64,000 bases of DNA, from NCBI GenBank assembly GCA_044866005.1, contig JBIOTN010000175.1:1-64000 (forward strand), written 5' to 3'. Under the pieces are notes generated by a model. It did no database searches. It saw only the letters and a program-made list of their open reading frames with translations, and was not told the DNA's origin. This DNA comes from Candidatus Rokuibacteriota bacterium. Its GTDB lineage: Bacteria; Methylomirabilota; Methylomirabilia; Rokubacteriales; DASRDR01. Position numbers and translations under genes: made by a program. This document shows, in pieces, positions 20,216-29,625 of the stretch; positions within the stretch are counted from its first letter, which is position 1; each line of letters starts with the position of its first letter.

Positions 20216-21180
20216 GGCGCTGGAAGCTCTGGCTCGGGATCGCGGTGAGCGCGGGGCTCCTCTACCTCGCCGGGCGCGGGGTCGAGCTGGAGGAGCTCCA
20301 GCGCTCGCTCGGCGAGGTCCGGACGGCGTGGCTCGTCCCGGTGCTCGCCAGCATCCTTGTCCGCTTCTGGCTCACGGCGCTGCGCTGGCGGATGCTCCTC
20401 CGGCCGATCAAGGCGATCGCGGTGCACCGGCTCTTCGGCGTCACCATGATCGGCTTCATGGCGAACAACGTGCTGCCGGCGCGCATGGGCGAGTTCGTCC
20501 GGGCCTACGCGCTCGGGAAGTCGGAGTCGCTCTCCAAGTCGCTCTCGTTCGCCACCATCGTCCTGGAGCGCGTGTTCGACGGCTTCACGCTGCTCGCCTT
20601 CCTCCTGGTCGGCGTCCTCGCCCGCCGGCCGGAGCCCTGGCTCGTCTGGTCGGCGGTCGGCTCCTTCTGCCTCTACCTGGGCGTGCTGGGCGGACTGCTC
20701 TGGTTACGGCACGGGCGCGGCCTCGGCGCGCTGCTGGCGTGGCTGCCGGAGGCCCTCCGCCGCCGGGCGGCCGGGCCCCTCGATTCGTTCACGCTCGGGC
20801 TCGACGTCTTGAACGACGGCCGGGCGCTCGGGCTCGTGGCCCTGCTCTCGCTCGGGATCTGGCTCGTCAACGTCGCGGGCTTCTACGCGATGTTCCTGGC
20901 CTTCTCGCTGGATCTCCCGCTCGACGCGGCGTTCCTCGTCCTCGCCATCATCGCGGTCGCGCTGGTCATCCCCTCGACGCCCGGCTACGTGGGGCCCTTC
21001 CAGGCGGGAACGGTGCTCGGGCTCGCCCTCTTCGCGGTGCCGAAGGCCACGGCGCTGTCGCTCTCCATCGTCTACCACGCCGTCAACTACGTCCCCATCA
21101 CCCTCATCGGTCTCGCCTACCTGGGGGTCATGAACCTGACGCTCGGCGAGCTCCGCGCGGCGGGGGAGAAGGTCTCGTGA
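20212..21180 (+). CDS. Lysylphosphatidylglycerol synthase TM-domain / UPF0104 flippase-like protein
   Basis: RW..LL, N.VLPAR.GE..R, ERVFD, P.TPG.VG. ATGA overlap with the upstream gene. Confidence 0.9.
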   Translation: MRRWKLWLGIAVSAGLLYLAGRGVELEELQRSLGEVRTAWLVPVLASILVRFWLTALRWRMLLRPIKAIAVHRLFGVTMIGFMANNVLPARMGEFVRAYALGKSESLSKSLSFATIVLERVFDGFTLLAFLLVGVLARRPEPWLVWSAVGSFCLYLGVLGGLLWLRHGRGLGALLAWLPEALRRRAAGPLDSFTLGLDVLNDGRALGLVALLSLGIWLVNVAGFYAMFLAFSLDLPLDAAFLVLAIIAVALVIPSTPGYVGPFQAGTVLGLALFAVPKATALSLSIVYHAVNYVPITLIGLAYLGVMNLTLGELRAAGEKVS

Positions 21181-22166
21181 GCGGGCCGGCGGGACGGCCG
21201 CCGGACGTGGCCGGCATGGTGTCGATCGTCGTCCCCGTCTACAACGAGGCGCAGAACGTCGGCCCGTTGCTGGAGAGCGTGCGCGACGTGCTCGACGGGC
21301 TCGGCCGCCCCTGGGAGCTGATCGTCGTGGACGACGGCTCGACCGACGACACGGCGGCGCGGCTGCGGGAGCTGACGGCGCGGGTGCCGGCGCTCCGGGT
21401 GGTGCGCCTGCGGTCGAACTTCGGGCAGTCGGCCGCGCTGGCGGCGGGATTCGACCTGGCGCGGGGCGAATTCGTCGTCACGATGGACGGGGACCGCCAG
21501 AACGACCCGGCCGACATCCCGCGGCTCCTGGACGAGCTCAAGGACGGCTACGACGTCGTGAGCGGATGGCGGCGGGAGCGGCGAGACCCCTTCTGGTCGC
21601 GGCGCGTCCCCTCCCGCCTGGCGAACGCGCTCATCTCCTGGATCACCGGGGTGCGCCTCCACGACTACGGCTGCGCGCTCAAGGTCTACCGGCGCGAGAT
21701 CCTCCGCGACATCCAGCTCTACGGGGAGATGCACCGGTTCCTCCCCGCGCTCGCCCGCTGGGTGGGCGCGACGGTCGGCGAGGTTCCCGTCACGCACTGG
21801 CCGCGACGGAGCGGCGTCTCGAAGTACGGGATCGGACGGACGGTCCGCGTGCTGCTCGATCTCCTGACCGTGAAGTTCCTGATGAGCTACTGGACGCGAC
21901 CGATCCAGATCTTCGGCCTCCTGGGCCTCGCGGTGGGCGGGAGCGGGATGCTGCTGGCCGTGGTCCTCTCGTATCAAAGGATCGTCCAGGGCGTGCCGCT
22001 GGCGAACCGGCCGATCCTGCTGCTGGCCGTGCTGCTCGTCGTCGTGGGCGCGCAGTTCGTGGGCATCGGCCTTCTCGGAGAGATGATGGTCCGCACCTAT
22101 CACGAGTCCCAGCGGAAGCCCGTCTACAGCGTGCGAGAGATCGTCTCCGGCGAGGACCGCCCGTGA
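21177..22166 (+). CDS. ArnC-like undecaprenyl-phosphate glycosyltransferase (GT2)
   Basis: NFGQSAAL.AG, MDGD.QNDP.DIP, HDYGC.LK, GEMHRF.P, two C-terminal TMs. Confidence 0.92.
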   Translation: MSGPAGRPPDVAGMVSIVVPVYNEAQNVGPLLESVRDVLDGLGRPWELIVVDDGSTDDTAARLRELTARVPALRVVRLRSNFGQSAALAAGFDLARGEFVVTMDGDRQNDPADIPRLLDELKDGYDVVSGWRRERRDPFWSRRVPSRLANALISWITGVRLHDYGCALKVYRREILRDIQLYGEMHRFLPALARWVGATVGEVPVTHWPRRSGVSKYGIGRTVRVLLDLLTVKFLMSYWTRPIQIFGLLGLAVGGSGMLLAVVLSYQRIVQGVPLANRPILLLAVLLVVVGAQFVGIGLLGEMMVRTYHESQRKPVYSVREIVSGEDRP

Positions 22167-22942
22167 AGACCGGGCCTGCCGGCCGGACGGGGGCGCGCGG
22201 CCTCCTCCTCCTGGCCGTCGTGCTGGCCCTCGCCGCCTGCGGCGGCAGCAGCAGCAAGACGACGGGGCCCAATGCCCCGACGAGCTTCAACTTCGGGTCG
22301 AACGATCCCCGGCGCGCCACCGCCTTCGGGGACAGCATCACGGTCGGCGTCCTCGACCTGCGGGTCCGGGGGAACCTCACCACGAGCAGCAACTACCCCG
22401 CCGTCCTCCAGGGGATGCTCCAGGGCCTGGACCCCGCCTGGCGCGTCGTCAACCGGGGCGTGGGCGGCGAGCGGACGGCGGGCGGGTTTCGGCGGTTTTC
22501 CAGCGTGCTGGCCGCCGACCACCCGGGGTTCGTGCTCATCATGGAAGGGACGAACGACGCCTCGGAGGAGGACGATCCCGCCTTCATCGCCGCGAACCTC
22601 GACGCGATGGTGGGGCAGGCGCAGGACAATCACACGATCCCGATCCTCGGCACGATCCCGCCGAACTTCCGGAACGATCCGCAGGCCCGCGCGATCATCG
22701 ACGAGGCGAACGTGCTCATCCGGAACATCGCGCAGGCGCGCGGCATCGTCCTCGCGGAGATCTTCAACGGGATGAACGATCGCACGCTCTTCGGCATCGC
22801 GCCCGACCGGGACCCCATCCACCCCAACGAGCGCGGCTACGGGGTCATGGCGGGCATCTGGTTCAGTGCGATGCGGCAGGCCATCCCGCCGTCGGCGGCG
22901 CCGCCGCCCATGGCCCAGAAGCAGCGTCGGGCCCGGCGGTAG
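22163..22942 (+). CDS. SGNH/GDSL hydrolase lipoprotein
   Basis: Lipobox LAAC; blocks GDSIT, NRGVGG, GTND, DPIHP. Confidence 0.9.
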   Translation: MKTGPAGRTGARGLLLLAVVLALAACGGSSSKTTGPNAPTSFNFGSNDPRRATAFGDSITVGVLDLRVRGNLTTSSNYPAVLQGMLQGLDPAWRVVNRGVGGERTAGGFRRFSSVLAADHPGFVLIMEGTNDASEEDDPAFIAANLDAMVGQAQDNHTIPILGTIPPNFRNDPQARAIIDEANVLIRNIAQARGIVLAEIFNGMNDRTLFGIAPDRDPIHPNERGYGVMAGIWFSAMRQAIPPSAAPPPMAQKQRRARR

Positions 22943-22980
22943 GTCTTCAGCCGCAGCCCTCGACCCCGAACGCCACGCTG

Positions 22981-23595
22981 GTCGACACAACCGACGGGAC
23001 GCGAAGCCTACTCACTGACGCCATCGACTCCACGCTCGCGCTGACGGACGCGGGCGCCGCCGTCGCGACCGAGTACACCTACGAGCCCTTCGGCGCCACC
23101 ACGGTGACGGGCGCACCTTCGACGAGCCCGGCCCAGTTCACCGGCCGCGAGGACGACGGGACCGGGCTCTACTACTATCGGGCCCGGTACTACCACCCTT
23201 CCCTGCAACGATTCGTCAGCGAGGATTCCCATGTGGTCCCGGTGTACTGGGTGTGTTCTGGCGGACCCGATGTCGGGGGGCGCGTCCGGGTTCTTGTCTC
23301 AAACGATCCACGGGAGTTCAATCTGTACATGTACGCATTGAACAGTCCCACCGGCTTCGTGGATCGCCACGGCCTTCAGGCAACGCGTCCCTGGGACACG
23401 TGTCGACCGTGTCCAGCCGTGCCGAACTGCACCCTATTCGAGGTCTCAGAGTTCAGCCTACCGGTCGCGCCCGGCATACCCTTCTTCAACTACTGGCGGC
23501 TGTGCGTCTACGGCTGTTGGGAGCGAAAGAGGGGCATCTACAAGCACGAAGAGCCGATCCTCTGCGGAGTCGGACCGACTCCCCTGCAGCCTTGA
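22981..23595 (+). pseudogene. Orphan Rhs repeat-associated core plus short Cys-rich C-terminal tip
   Basis: LTDA..ST.ALTD, Y.YEPFG, FTGREDD.TGLYYYRARYY.P.LQRF.SED, NLY.Y..N.P...VD..GL. The homology starts upstream of any start codon. Confidence 0.8.
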
Positions 23596-23629
23596 GGCGG
23601 CGGCTCTGGCAAGCGGCAGAGGGCAAACA

Positions 23630-24595
23630 ATGAGGCGTGTTAAGCAGACCGCGACCGTCCTGCTTGCAGGAATCGGAATGTGGTGGGTGGCTGGGCATGC
23701 CACAGCATCTTCTGATGACCTTCTCTCCTGCAAGATGGCGCAGAAGGTGCCACCGGTTCACTGGATCCCCCTGAACAGGGGAGATCACCTGCAACTCGGT
23801 CCCTATGACGCCCTGCTGACCTGCCGCGGGTCGCATGCTGTGTTCCGAGCAACGCGACCGTTTGGTCTTCGCATAGCTTGGGAGCAAGACGGGACCTCGG
23901 TGATCGGCACGATCGGTGAAGAGCATTTCGTGACGGTCCGAGCCATTCCCGGGGAGTCTCGGCCAGGCGTCCAGATCGAAGTGCTGGACGTCGTAGGCCA
24001 GGTCTTCTATTCCCGCGATCGACGAGAGATTCGTCGGGCTTTGGTGGCGGAATCCCGGAGTGGGCCCTTTAACGAGGATAGTGAAGGCGAGGACAGGCGC
24101 TACGAAGACCTGGTGCAGCTCGGGTGGCGAACCCTGTCGATGAACGACAGGCTCGGCCCGTGGGACATGATTTGGACGCAGGCTGATGGCAGGCTCGAGG
24201 TCGAATTTGAGGGCCCAAATAACCGGATCGGCGTCTACAACGACGTGCTTGATGGACAGGCTCGCCCCACTGGCAAGGTGCGATTCCGCCCCAACGAATT
24301 CTGGGTCGTGGTACCGGGCTATTTCTCTGACGCCAGGGTGAACAAGATCATCGGCGAGGTGTGGATCGCCACCGATCGCGCAAGGGTGGAGAGCTTCTTC
24401 CAGAAGTATCGGACCCATCACCTTTGGAGCCAATTCCCCAGCCCAGCCGAGAAGCGGGCCTGGTACTCAGAGTTGGAAGAGAGGCGGAAGCTAGACCCCG
24501 GCGGCGCTTACCAGGTATGGCAGCAGGTCCTCAAGGAGTCCGAGAAGGCGAAACGAGAGTGGGAGCGGATGCTCAGGAGCGATGTGCTGGAATGA
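23630..24595 (+). CDS. Hypothetical secreted protein, possible Rhs immunity/partner
   Basis: Signal-peptide-like N-terminus, lower GC, directly after the Rhs tip. Confidence 0.6.
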   Translation: MRRVKQTATVLLAGIGMWWVAGHATASSDDLLSCKMAQKVPPVHWIPLNRGDHLQLGPYDALLTCRGSHAVFRATRPFGLRIAWEQDGTSVIGTIGEEHFVTVRAIPGESRPGVQIEVLDVVGQVFYSRDRREIRRALVAESRSGPFNEDSEGEDRRYEDLVQLGWRTLSMNDRLGPWDMIWTQADGRLEVEFEGPNNRIGVYNDVLDGQARPTGKVRFRPNEFWVVVPGYFSDARVNKIIGEVWIATDRARVESFFQKYRTHHLWSQFPSPAEKRAWYSELEERRKLDPGGAYQVWQQVLKESEKAKREWERMLRSDVLE

Positions 24596-25090
24596 GCCGC
24601 CTCAGGTGACGGCCCCCGGACGGCCCTCACCCTCGAACCTGTGCAGCACGGTAAGTGCGCTTCGGGGCCGTCGGGCCGCCCGTAGATTCCGGGGGTTAGG
24701 CTGCACACGCCCCCGCGCTTTATCTTGCGCTACACGTTGCGAACATCCTGACCGGGCTGGTAGCTGAAGTCGAACGCGTCCAGCCCTTTGACAAAGGGGA
24801 AGCGGGCGAGGTGGGGGTCGGCGCGGAGCTACGGGTCAGGAGCTGGCGATGCCTGGCTGTCCGTATCTGCCGTTACTACGTGCCGGCGCGAAGTCCTATG
24901 ACTCCGTGTGAGTTCTACAGAAACTTGATGCTTTCCCAAACCCCCCAAGAGGCCCCGGCAGGTGCCGAATGTGGTTTCGAGCTCGCTCGTTTCCAGGGGA
25001 GGTAACTGGCCGTAAGGAGCCACACTAATCCGAGTCGCGTAGACAGTCCGCTTGTACCCAAGCAAGGGTGTGGGACTGGCACCGCCTTGA

Positions 25091-25336
25091 CCGGACGGCT
25101 CGCAGGTCCACTATGTGCGGATCTCGGGGAGCGACGCGACGCCGGGCAGCAACGTCTTCGAGCACACCAGTAGCCCCACCCGCTTCTACAAGTCCCGGAT
25201 CGCGTGGAATCCCGCCGACGCCGCCTGGAACCTCACGCTCAAGGACGGGACGGTCTACGTCCACGGCGATGTCGCCCCGCTCCAGGCGATCCGGGACCTG
25301 CGCCGCGGACCAGCGGATGACCTTCGGCCTGCCTGA
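25091..25336 (+). pseudogene. Fragment resembling the N-terminal/YD region of an Rhs protein
   Basis: PDGSQVHYVRIS...FEHTSSPTRFYKSRIAWN...W.LTLKDGTVYV.G..APLQAIRD; bounded by stops. Confidence 0.55.
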
Positions 25337-25350
25337 AAATCCCTTAGCAC

Positions 25351-25930
25351 CTGTCCCCCTCCGGCGCCGGACACGGGGAGCCGTACGGAGGGGACAGATG
25401 CCTCGCAAGAAGGCGACACGATCCGAGGGGACCGGGGGAACGCTCGCTCGGGCGGCCCGGTCGCCGTGGCCCCTGGAAGTCCGACTGCGGGTGGCCCGGG
25501 CGGTGGTCGAGGAGGGGCTCGCCTTGGCGACGGTGGCGCGCGCCTGCGGCGTCAGTGCGAAGACGGCGATCCTGTGGGTGCGTCGGTATCGGGCACGCGG
25601 GGTGGACGGGTTGCTCCCGGTGACGGCGCCGCCGGTTCCCGCGACGGGGGCCGAGGCGCGACGGGAGGCCGTGGTGGGGATCCGGCGGGCGCATCCCGAG
25701 GTGGGGACGCGCCGGATCCGAGATATCCTCGAGCGGTTTCACGCCTGGGCGTGTCGGAGCGGACGGTGCGGCGGATTCTGCACGCGGAGGGCCTGAGCGC
25801 GCCGCCGGCCCCGCCGCGGGCGAAGGCCCGGCCGGCCGAGCGGCGGTTTGAGCGGGCGGAGGCGAATCAGCTCTGGCAATCGGATCTCTTCACGTTTCTG
25901 CTGCGGCGGCACGAGCGGGTCTACCTGGCC
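25351..25930 (+). mobile_element. IS481-like transposase remnant (ATG 25398), frameshifted near 25745 and truncated
   Basis: HTH (VARACGVS....WVRRYR..G..GL), G.RRI...L, VSERTVRRIL, RFER..ANQLWQSD (first Asp of DDE). Homology ends at 25930. Confidence 0.8.
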
Positions 25931-27373
25931 TTAGACGCCGGCGGCGCCGGCGCCGGGCTCTTCCTCGGGCTCGCTCTCCTCGTCGCCGCGGAGGAGCTGG
26001 TACTCCTTGAGCTTGTTGTAGAGCGTCTTGTAGTTGATCCCCAGCAGCCGCGCCGCCTGGGCGCGGTTCCAGCGCGTCCGCTCCAGCGTGCGGACGATCA
26101 GGTCCCGCTCGGCCGTCTCGACGACGTGCCGCACCACGTCCTTGAGCGTGTTCCCCGGCCCCGCCCCGGCCCCCGGGGCGGTCGCGACGAGCGGCGCGCC
26201 CCGGCCCCGGAACTCGCCGGGCAGGTCGCGCAGGGTGAGCGGGCCCTCGGCGAGCACGGCGGCGCGCTTGAGCGCGTTCCGGAGCTCCCGCACGTTCCCC
26301 GGCCAGGGGTAGGCCCGCAGGGCCGCGAGCGCCTCGGCCGTCACGCCGGGCACGGGCTTTCCCAGCTCCTCGCCGATGCGCTGGAGGAAGTGGTCCACGA
26401 GCGCCGGCAGGTCCTCGTTCCGCTCGCGAAGCGCGGGGGCGTGGATGGTGAACTCGTTGAGCCGGTGGTAGAGGTCCTCGCGGAACCGCCCCTCGCGGAT
26501 GGCGTCCTCGAAGTTGACGTGCGTCGCCGCGACGATCCGCACGTCGATGGGGATCTGGCCGCGCCCGCCCAGGCGCGTGATGGCGCGGTCCTCGAGCACG
26601 CGGAGGAGCTTCATCTGCGTGGAGAGCGGGAGGTTGCCGATCTCGTCGAGGAAGAGCGTGCCGCCGTGCGCCAGCTCGAACCGGCCCAGGCGGCGCTGGG
26701 TCGCGCCGGTGAAGGCCCCCCGCTCGTGTCCGAACAGCTCGGACTCGACGAGCGTCTCGGGGAGCGCCGCGCAGTCGAGCGGGATGAAGGGGCCCCGCCG
26801 GCGCTTGCTCTGGGCGTGGATGGCGTGGGCGACCAGCTCCTTGCCCGTCCCGCTCTCGCCGCGGATCAGGATCGTCACGTCGTACGGGGCGACGCGCGCG
26901 ATGAACTGGCGCAGCTCCTCCATGGCGGCGCTCCCGCCGACGAGGTCCTCGGGGCTGGCGCGCTCGCGCATGGCGGCGCGGAGCGTCTGGACCTCGGCGT
27001 GCAGGCGCCGGGTCTCCAGCCCCTTCTCCACGACCACCCGCACCTCCTCGAGGTGGACCGGCTTGATCAGGTAATCGAAGGCGCCCAGCTTCATCGCGCG
27101 GACGGCGGACTCGATCGTCCCGTGCCCGGTGAGCATGACGACCGGGACGTGCTCGTCGATCTCCCGGATGCGCCGGAGGACGTCGAGCCCGTCGCCGTCG
27201 GGGAGGCGGAGGTCGAGCAGCACCGCCTCCGGCGCCTGGGCCTCGAAGGCGGCCACGGCGGCCTGGGCGGTCTCGGCCGTCGCGACCTCGTAGCCCAGCT
27301 CGCCGAGCGCGCGGGAGAGGATCCAGCAGATCTCGGGCTCGTCGTCAACCAGCAGCAGGCGTGTCCGGACCAT
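25931..27373 (-). CDS. NtrC/AtoC-family sigma54-dependent response regulator
   Basis: REC domain, GESGTGKE, GAFTGA, FLDEIG, WPGNVREL, Fis-type HTH. Confidence 0.96.
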   Translation of the reverse strand: MVRTRLLLVDDEPEICWILSRALGELGYEVATAETAQAAVAAFEAQAPEAVLLDLRLPDGDGLDVLRRIREIDEHVPVVMLTGHGTIESAVRAMKLGAFDYLIKPVHLEEVRVVVEKGLETRRLHAEVQTLRAAMRERASPEDLVGGSAAMEELRQFIARVAPYDVTILIRGESGTGKELVAHAIHAQSKRRRGPFIPLDCAALPETLVESELFGHERGAFTGATQRRLGRFELAHGGTLFLDEIGNLPLSTQMKLLRVLEDRAITRLGGRGQIPIDVRIVAATHVNFEDAIREGRFREDLYHRLNEFTIHAPALRERNEDLPALVDHFLQRIGEELGKPVPGVTAEALAALRAYPWPGNVRELRNALKRAAVLAEGPLTLRDLPGEFRGRGAPLVATAPGAGAGPGNTLKDVVRHVVETAERDLIVRTLERTRWNRAQAARLLGINYKTLYNKLKEYQLLRGDEESEPEEEPGAGAAGV

Positions 27374-29573
27374 GGCTCGGCTCCGGTAGGTCGGACCGTT
27401 CCGGCGCGCCGCCGCCCGGCGGCGCGCTCCGGGCGGCGGGGAGGAGGACCATGAAGGTCGTCCCGCGCCCCGGCTCGCTGGCGGCCTCGATCGCGCCGCC
27501 GTGCTCCTCGATGATGCGGCGCGTGATGGCGAGGCCCAGGCCAGTGCCGCGACGCTTGGTGGTGTAGTAGGGCTCGAAGATGACGCCGAGGTGGGAGCCC
27601 TCGATGCCGGTCCCCGTGTCCGCCACCGTGACCGCGACGTTGCCGCTCCGTGGCGCGGGCGTCGCGCCGAACGTGAGCCGGCCGCCGTGCGGCATCGCGT
27701 CGAGCGCGTTCAGCGCGAGGTTGAGCAAGGCTTGCTCCAGCAGCCGCGCGTCGAGCATCAGGCCGGGGAGCCCGGGCTCCGCCTCGACCCGGACCTCCAC
27801 CGACCGCTGGCGCGCCCGCACGCGGACGAACGCCGCGACCGCCTCGAGGATCGGCTCGATCCGCGCGGGCTGTGGCCGGAGCTCCAGGGGGCGCGAGAAG
27901 CTCAGGAGCCCCTCCAGCGACTCGTCCATGTCGCGCACCTTCCGGTCCGCCGCGTCGAGGAGGGCGCGCTGCTCGTCCCCCACCGGGAGTCGGTCTCGCA
28001 GGTACTGGACCGTGGTCCCGATCACCGTGAGCGGGTTCCGGATCTCGTGCGCCAGGGCCGCGGCCAGTCGCCCGATCGTCGCGTACCGCTCGGCGCGCGC
28101 CAGCCGCACCTCCAGGCGCAGCCGCTCCTCGAGGCCGAAGGTCGTCGCGCGGAGCAGCCGCGCGTGGCGCACGGCGACCGCCAGCTGCTCGGCGATGGGA
28201 CGCAGCAGGCGCAGGTCGCGACGCCGGAAGCGGCCCCGCGTCCGGCTGACCAGGGTGAGCGCGCCGACGCTCTCCCGCTCCACGACGAGCGGCACGGTGG
28301 TCAGCGAGCGCGCGCCGGGCAGCTCGCGGAGGAACGGCAGCACGGGGCGGCTCGACGTGGCGATGTCGGCGACGATCGCGGCGCGGCCGGTGCGCATGGC
28401 CTCACCGCTGACGGTCTCCCGGAACTCGGGCGACCACGGGAGCGTCCGTGGCGGCCGGCCGACCTCGCCCACCATCACCTGCCCGCCGTTCCCCTCCGCG
28501 TCCATCACCACGATCGCCGAGGCGTCGAAGGCCGTGATCCGCCGGATCTCCTGCGTGGCGACCCGGAAGATCTCCTCCAGCGACAGGCAGGCCGAGATCG
28601 CCTTGCCGATCCGCCGGGTCGCCCGCACCTGCCGGTTCCGCTCCCGGAGGTCGTCGCGCAGGCAGACGTTCACGATGGGGACCGTCGCGACGTCGGCCAG
28701 CTCCAGCAGCCGCTCCGCCAGCGGCTCGCCGAACGGCCGATCGCCATCGAGCCGCCCCACTGCCAAGAGGCCGACCAGCTCGTCGTCCTGGTGCAGCGGG
28801 ATGAGGACGGCCGCGGAGACGGCGTCGTCCCGGAGGTACTCGCGCGGCACGGCGAGGGGGAAGGGCGGCGCGCAGAGGGCGGCGGCGCCCAGCAGCCGGT
28901 CGAGGTCGGTCGGCGGCAGCAGCGGCCGTGGGCCGCGCCGGCCGAGCACGCGGCGCGCCGCGCGCAGGGTCAGGTCCTCCCCGGGCCGCTCGCGCAGCCA
29001 GAGGCCGCCCACGTCCCCGTCGGTCAGCGTCACGGCGAGATCGAGGACCTGCTGACAGATCTCGTCGAGGTCGCGGCCCGGCTTGGCCAGCCGGAGCATC
29101 TGGCGGAAGTGGTTGACGTGGAGCTCGGCGTGGCGGGCGCGGCGCCGCGCCGCGTCGAGCTCCGCGACGACGGCGAGCGCGGGGCCGAGCACGGCCGCCC
29201 GCGCCCGCGTCTCCGCCGACACGCCGGCGCCCGGCCGGCCGAGCAGGAGGAGGACGCCCCGCGTCTCCTCGGCCGAGCCCACCGGGAACGCGACCGCCTC
29301 CGGCCACTCGGGGGTGAGCGGCGCATCGGGGACGAGGGCGGCCGCCGCCGGGGACCGGCTCGCCTGCCGGGCGAAGGCGACGACCGGCGCCTGCTGGAAG
29401 GGCTCCTCGGTCGGATGGGCGCCCACGAGACGCACGTCCGCCTCGACGGCGAGGAAGAGCGCCCCGCCCTCGCCATGATCGAGGGCCGAGGCGAGGAGAT
29501 CCCGCGTCACTCGAGCACCGGCACTCCCGAGGGCCTGGCGAAGGCCGTGAGCCAGGTCCAGGGGCCACGTCAT
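27345..29573 (-). CDS. Soluble GAF-domain sensor histidine kinase
   Basis: GAF-like repeats, AHEIRNPL, N box, DTGTGI, GTGLGL; no evident TM. Confidence 0.92.
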   Translation of the reverse strand: MTWPLDLAHGLRQALGSAGARVTRDLLASALDHGEGGALFLAVEADVRLVGAHPTEEPFQQAPVVAFARQASRSPAAAALVPDAPLTPEWPEAVAFPVGSAEETRGVLLLLGRPGAGVSAETRARAAVLGPALAVVAELDAARRRARHAELHVNHFRQMLRLAKPGRDLDEICQQVLDLAVTLTDGDVGGLWLRERPGEDLTLRAARRVLGRRGPRPLLPPTDLDRLLGAAALCAPPFPLAVPREYLRDDAVSAAVLIPLHQDDELVGLLAVGRLDGDRPFGEPLAERLLELADVATVPIVNVCLRDDLRERNRQVRATRRIGKAISACLSLEEIFRVATQEIRRITAFDASAIVVMDAEGNGGQVMVGEVGRPPRTLPWSPEFRETVSGEAMRTGRAAIVADIATSSRPVLPFLRELPGARSLTTVPLVVERESVGALTLVSRTRGRFRRRDLRLLRPIAEQLAVAVRHARLLRATTFGLEERLRLEVRLARAERYATIGRLAAALAHEIRNPLTVIGTTVQYLRDRLPVGDEQRALLDAADRKVRDMDESLEGLLSFSRPLELRPQPARIEPILEAVAAFVRVRARQRSVEVRVEAEPGLPGLMLDARLLEQALLNLALNALDAMPHGGRLTFGATPAPRSGNVAVTVADTGTGIEGSHLGVIFEPYYTTKRRGTGLGLAITRRIIEEHGGAIEAASEPGRGTTFMVLLPAARSAPPGGGAPERSDLPEPSHGPDTPAAG

Positions 29574-29581
29574 GCGGCTTT

Positions 29582-29590
29582 ATTGTCTCA
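29582..29590 (-). promoter_or_regulatory. extended -10-like TGaGACAAT, 8 nt before the kinase ATG
   Basis: AT-rich patch; no SD. Confidence 0.4.
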
Positions 29591-29625
29591 CGCCGGCGCG
29601 GGCGAAGCACTCACCGGCGGCGGGG

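Noticed and set aside
25466..27454. Apparent 662-aa transposase fusion
   Set aside because: Only 25745..25930 is transposase-like; the rest is antisense to the sigma54 activator
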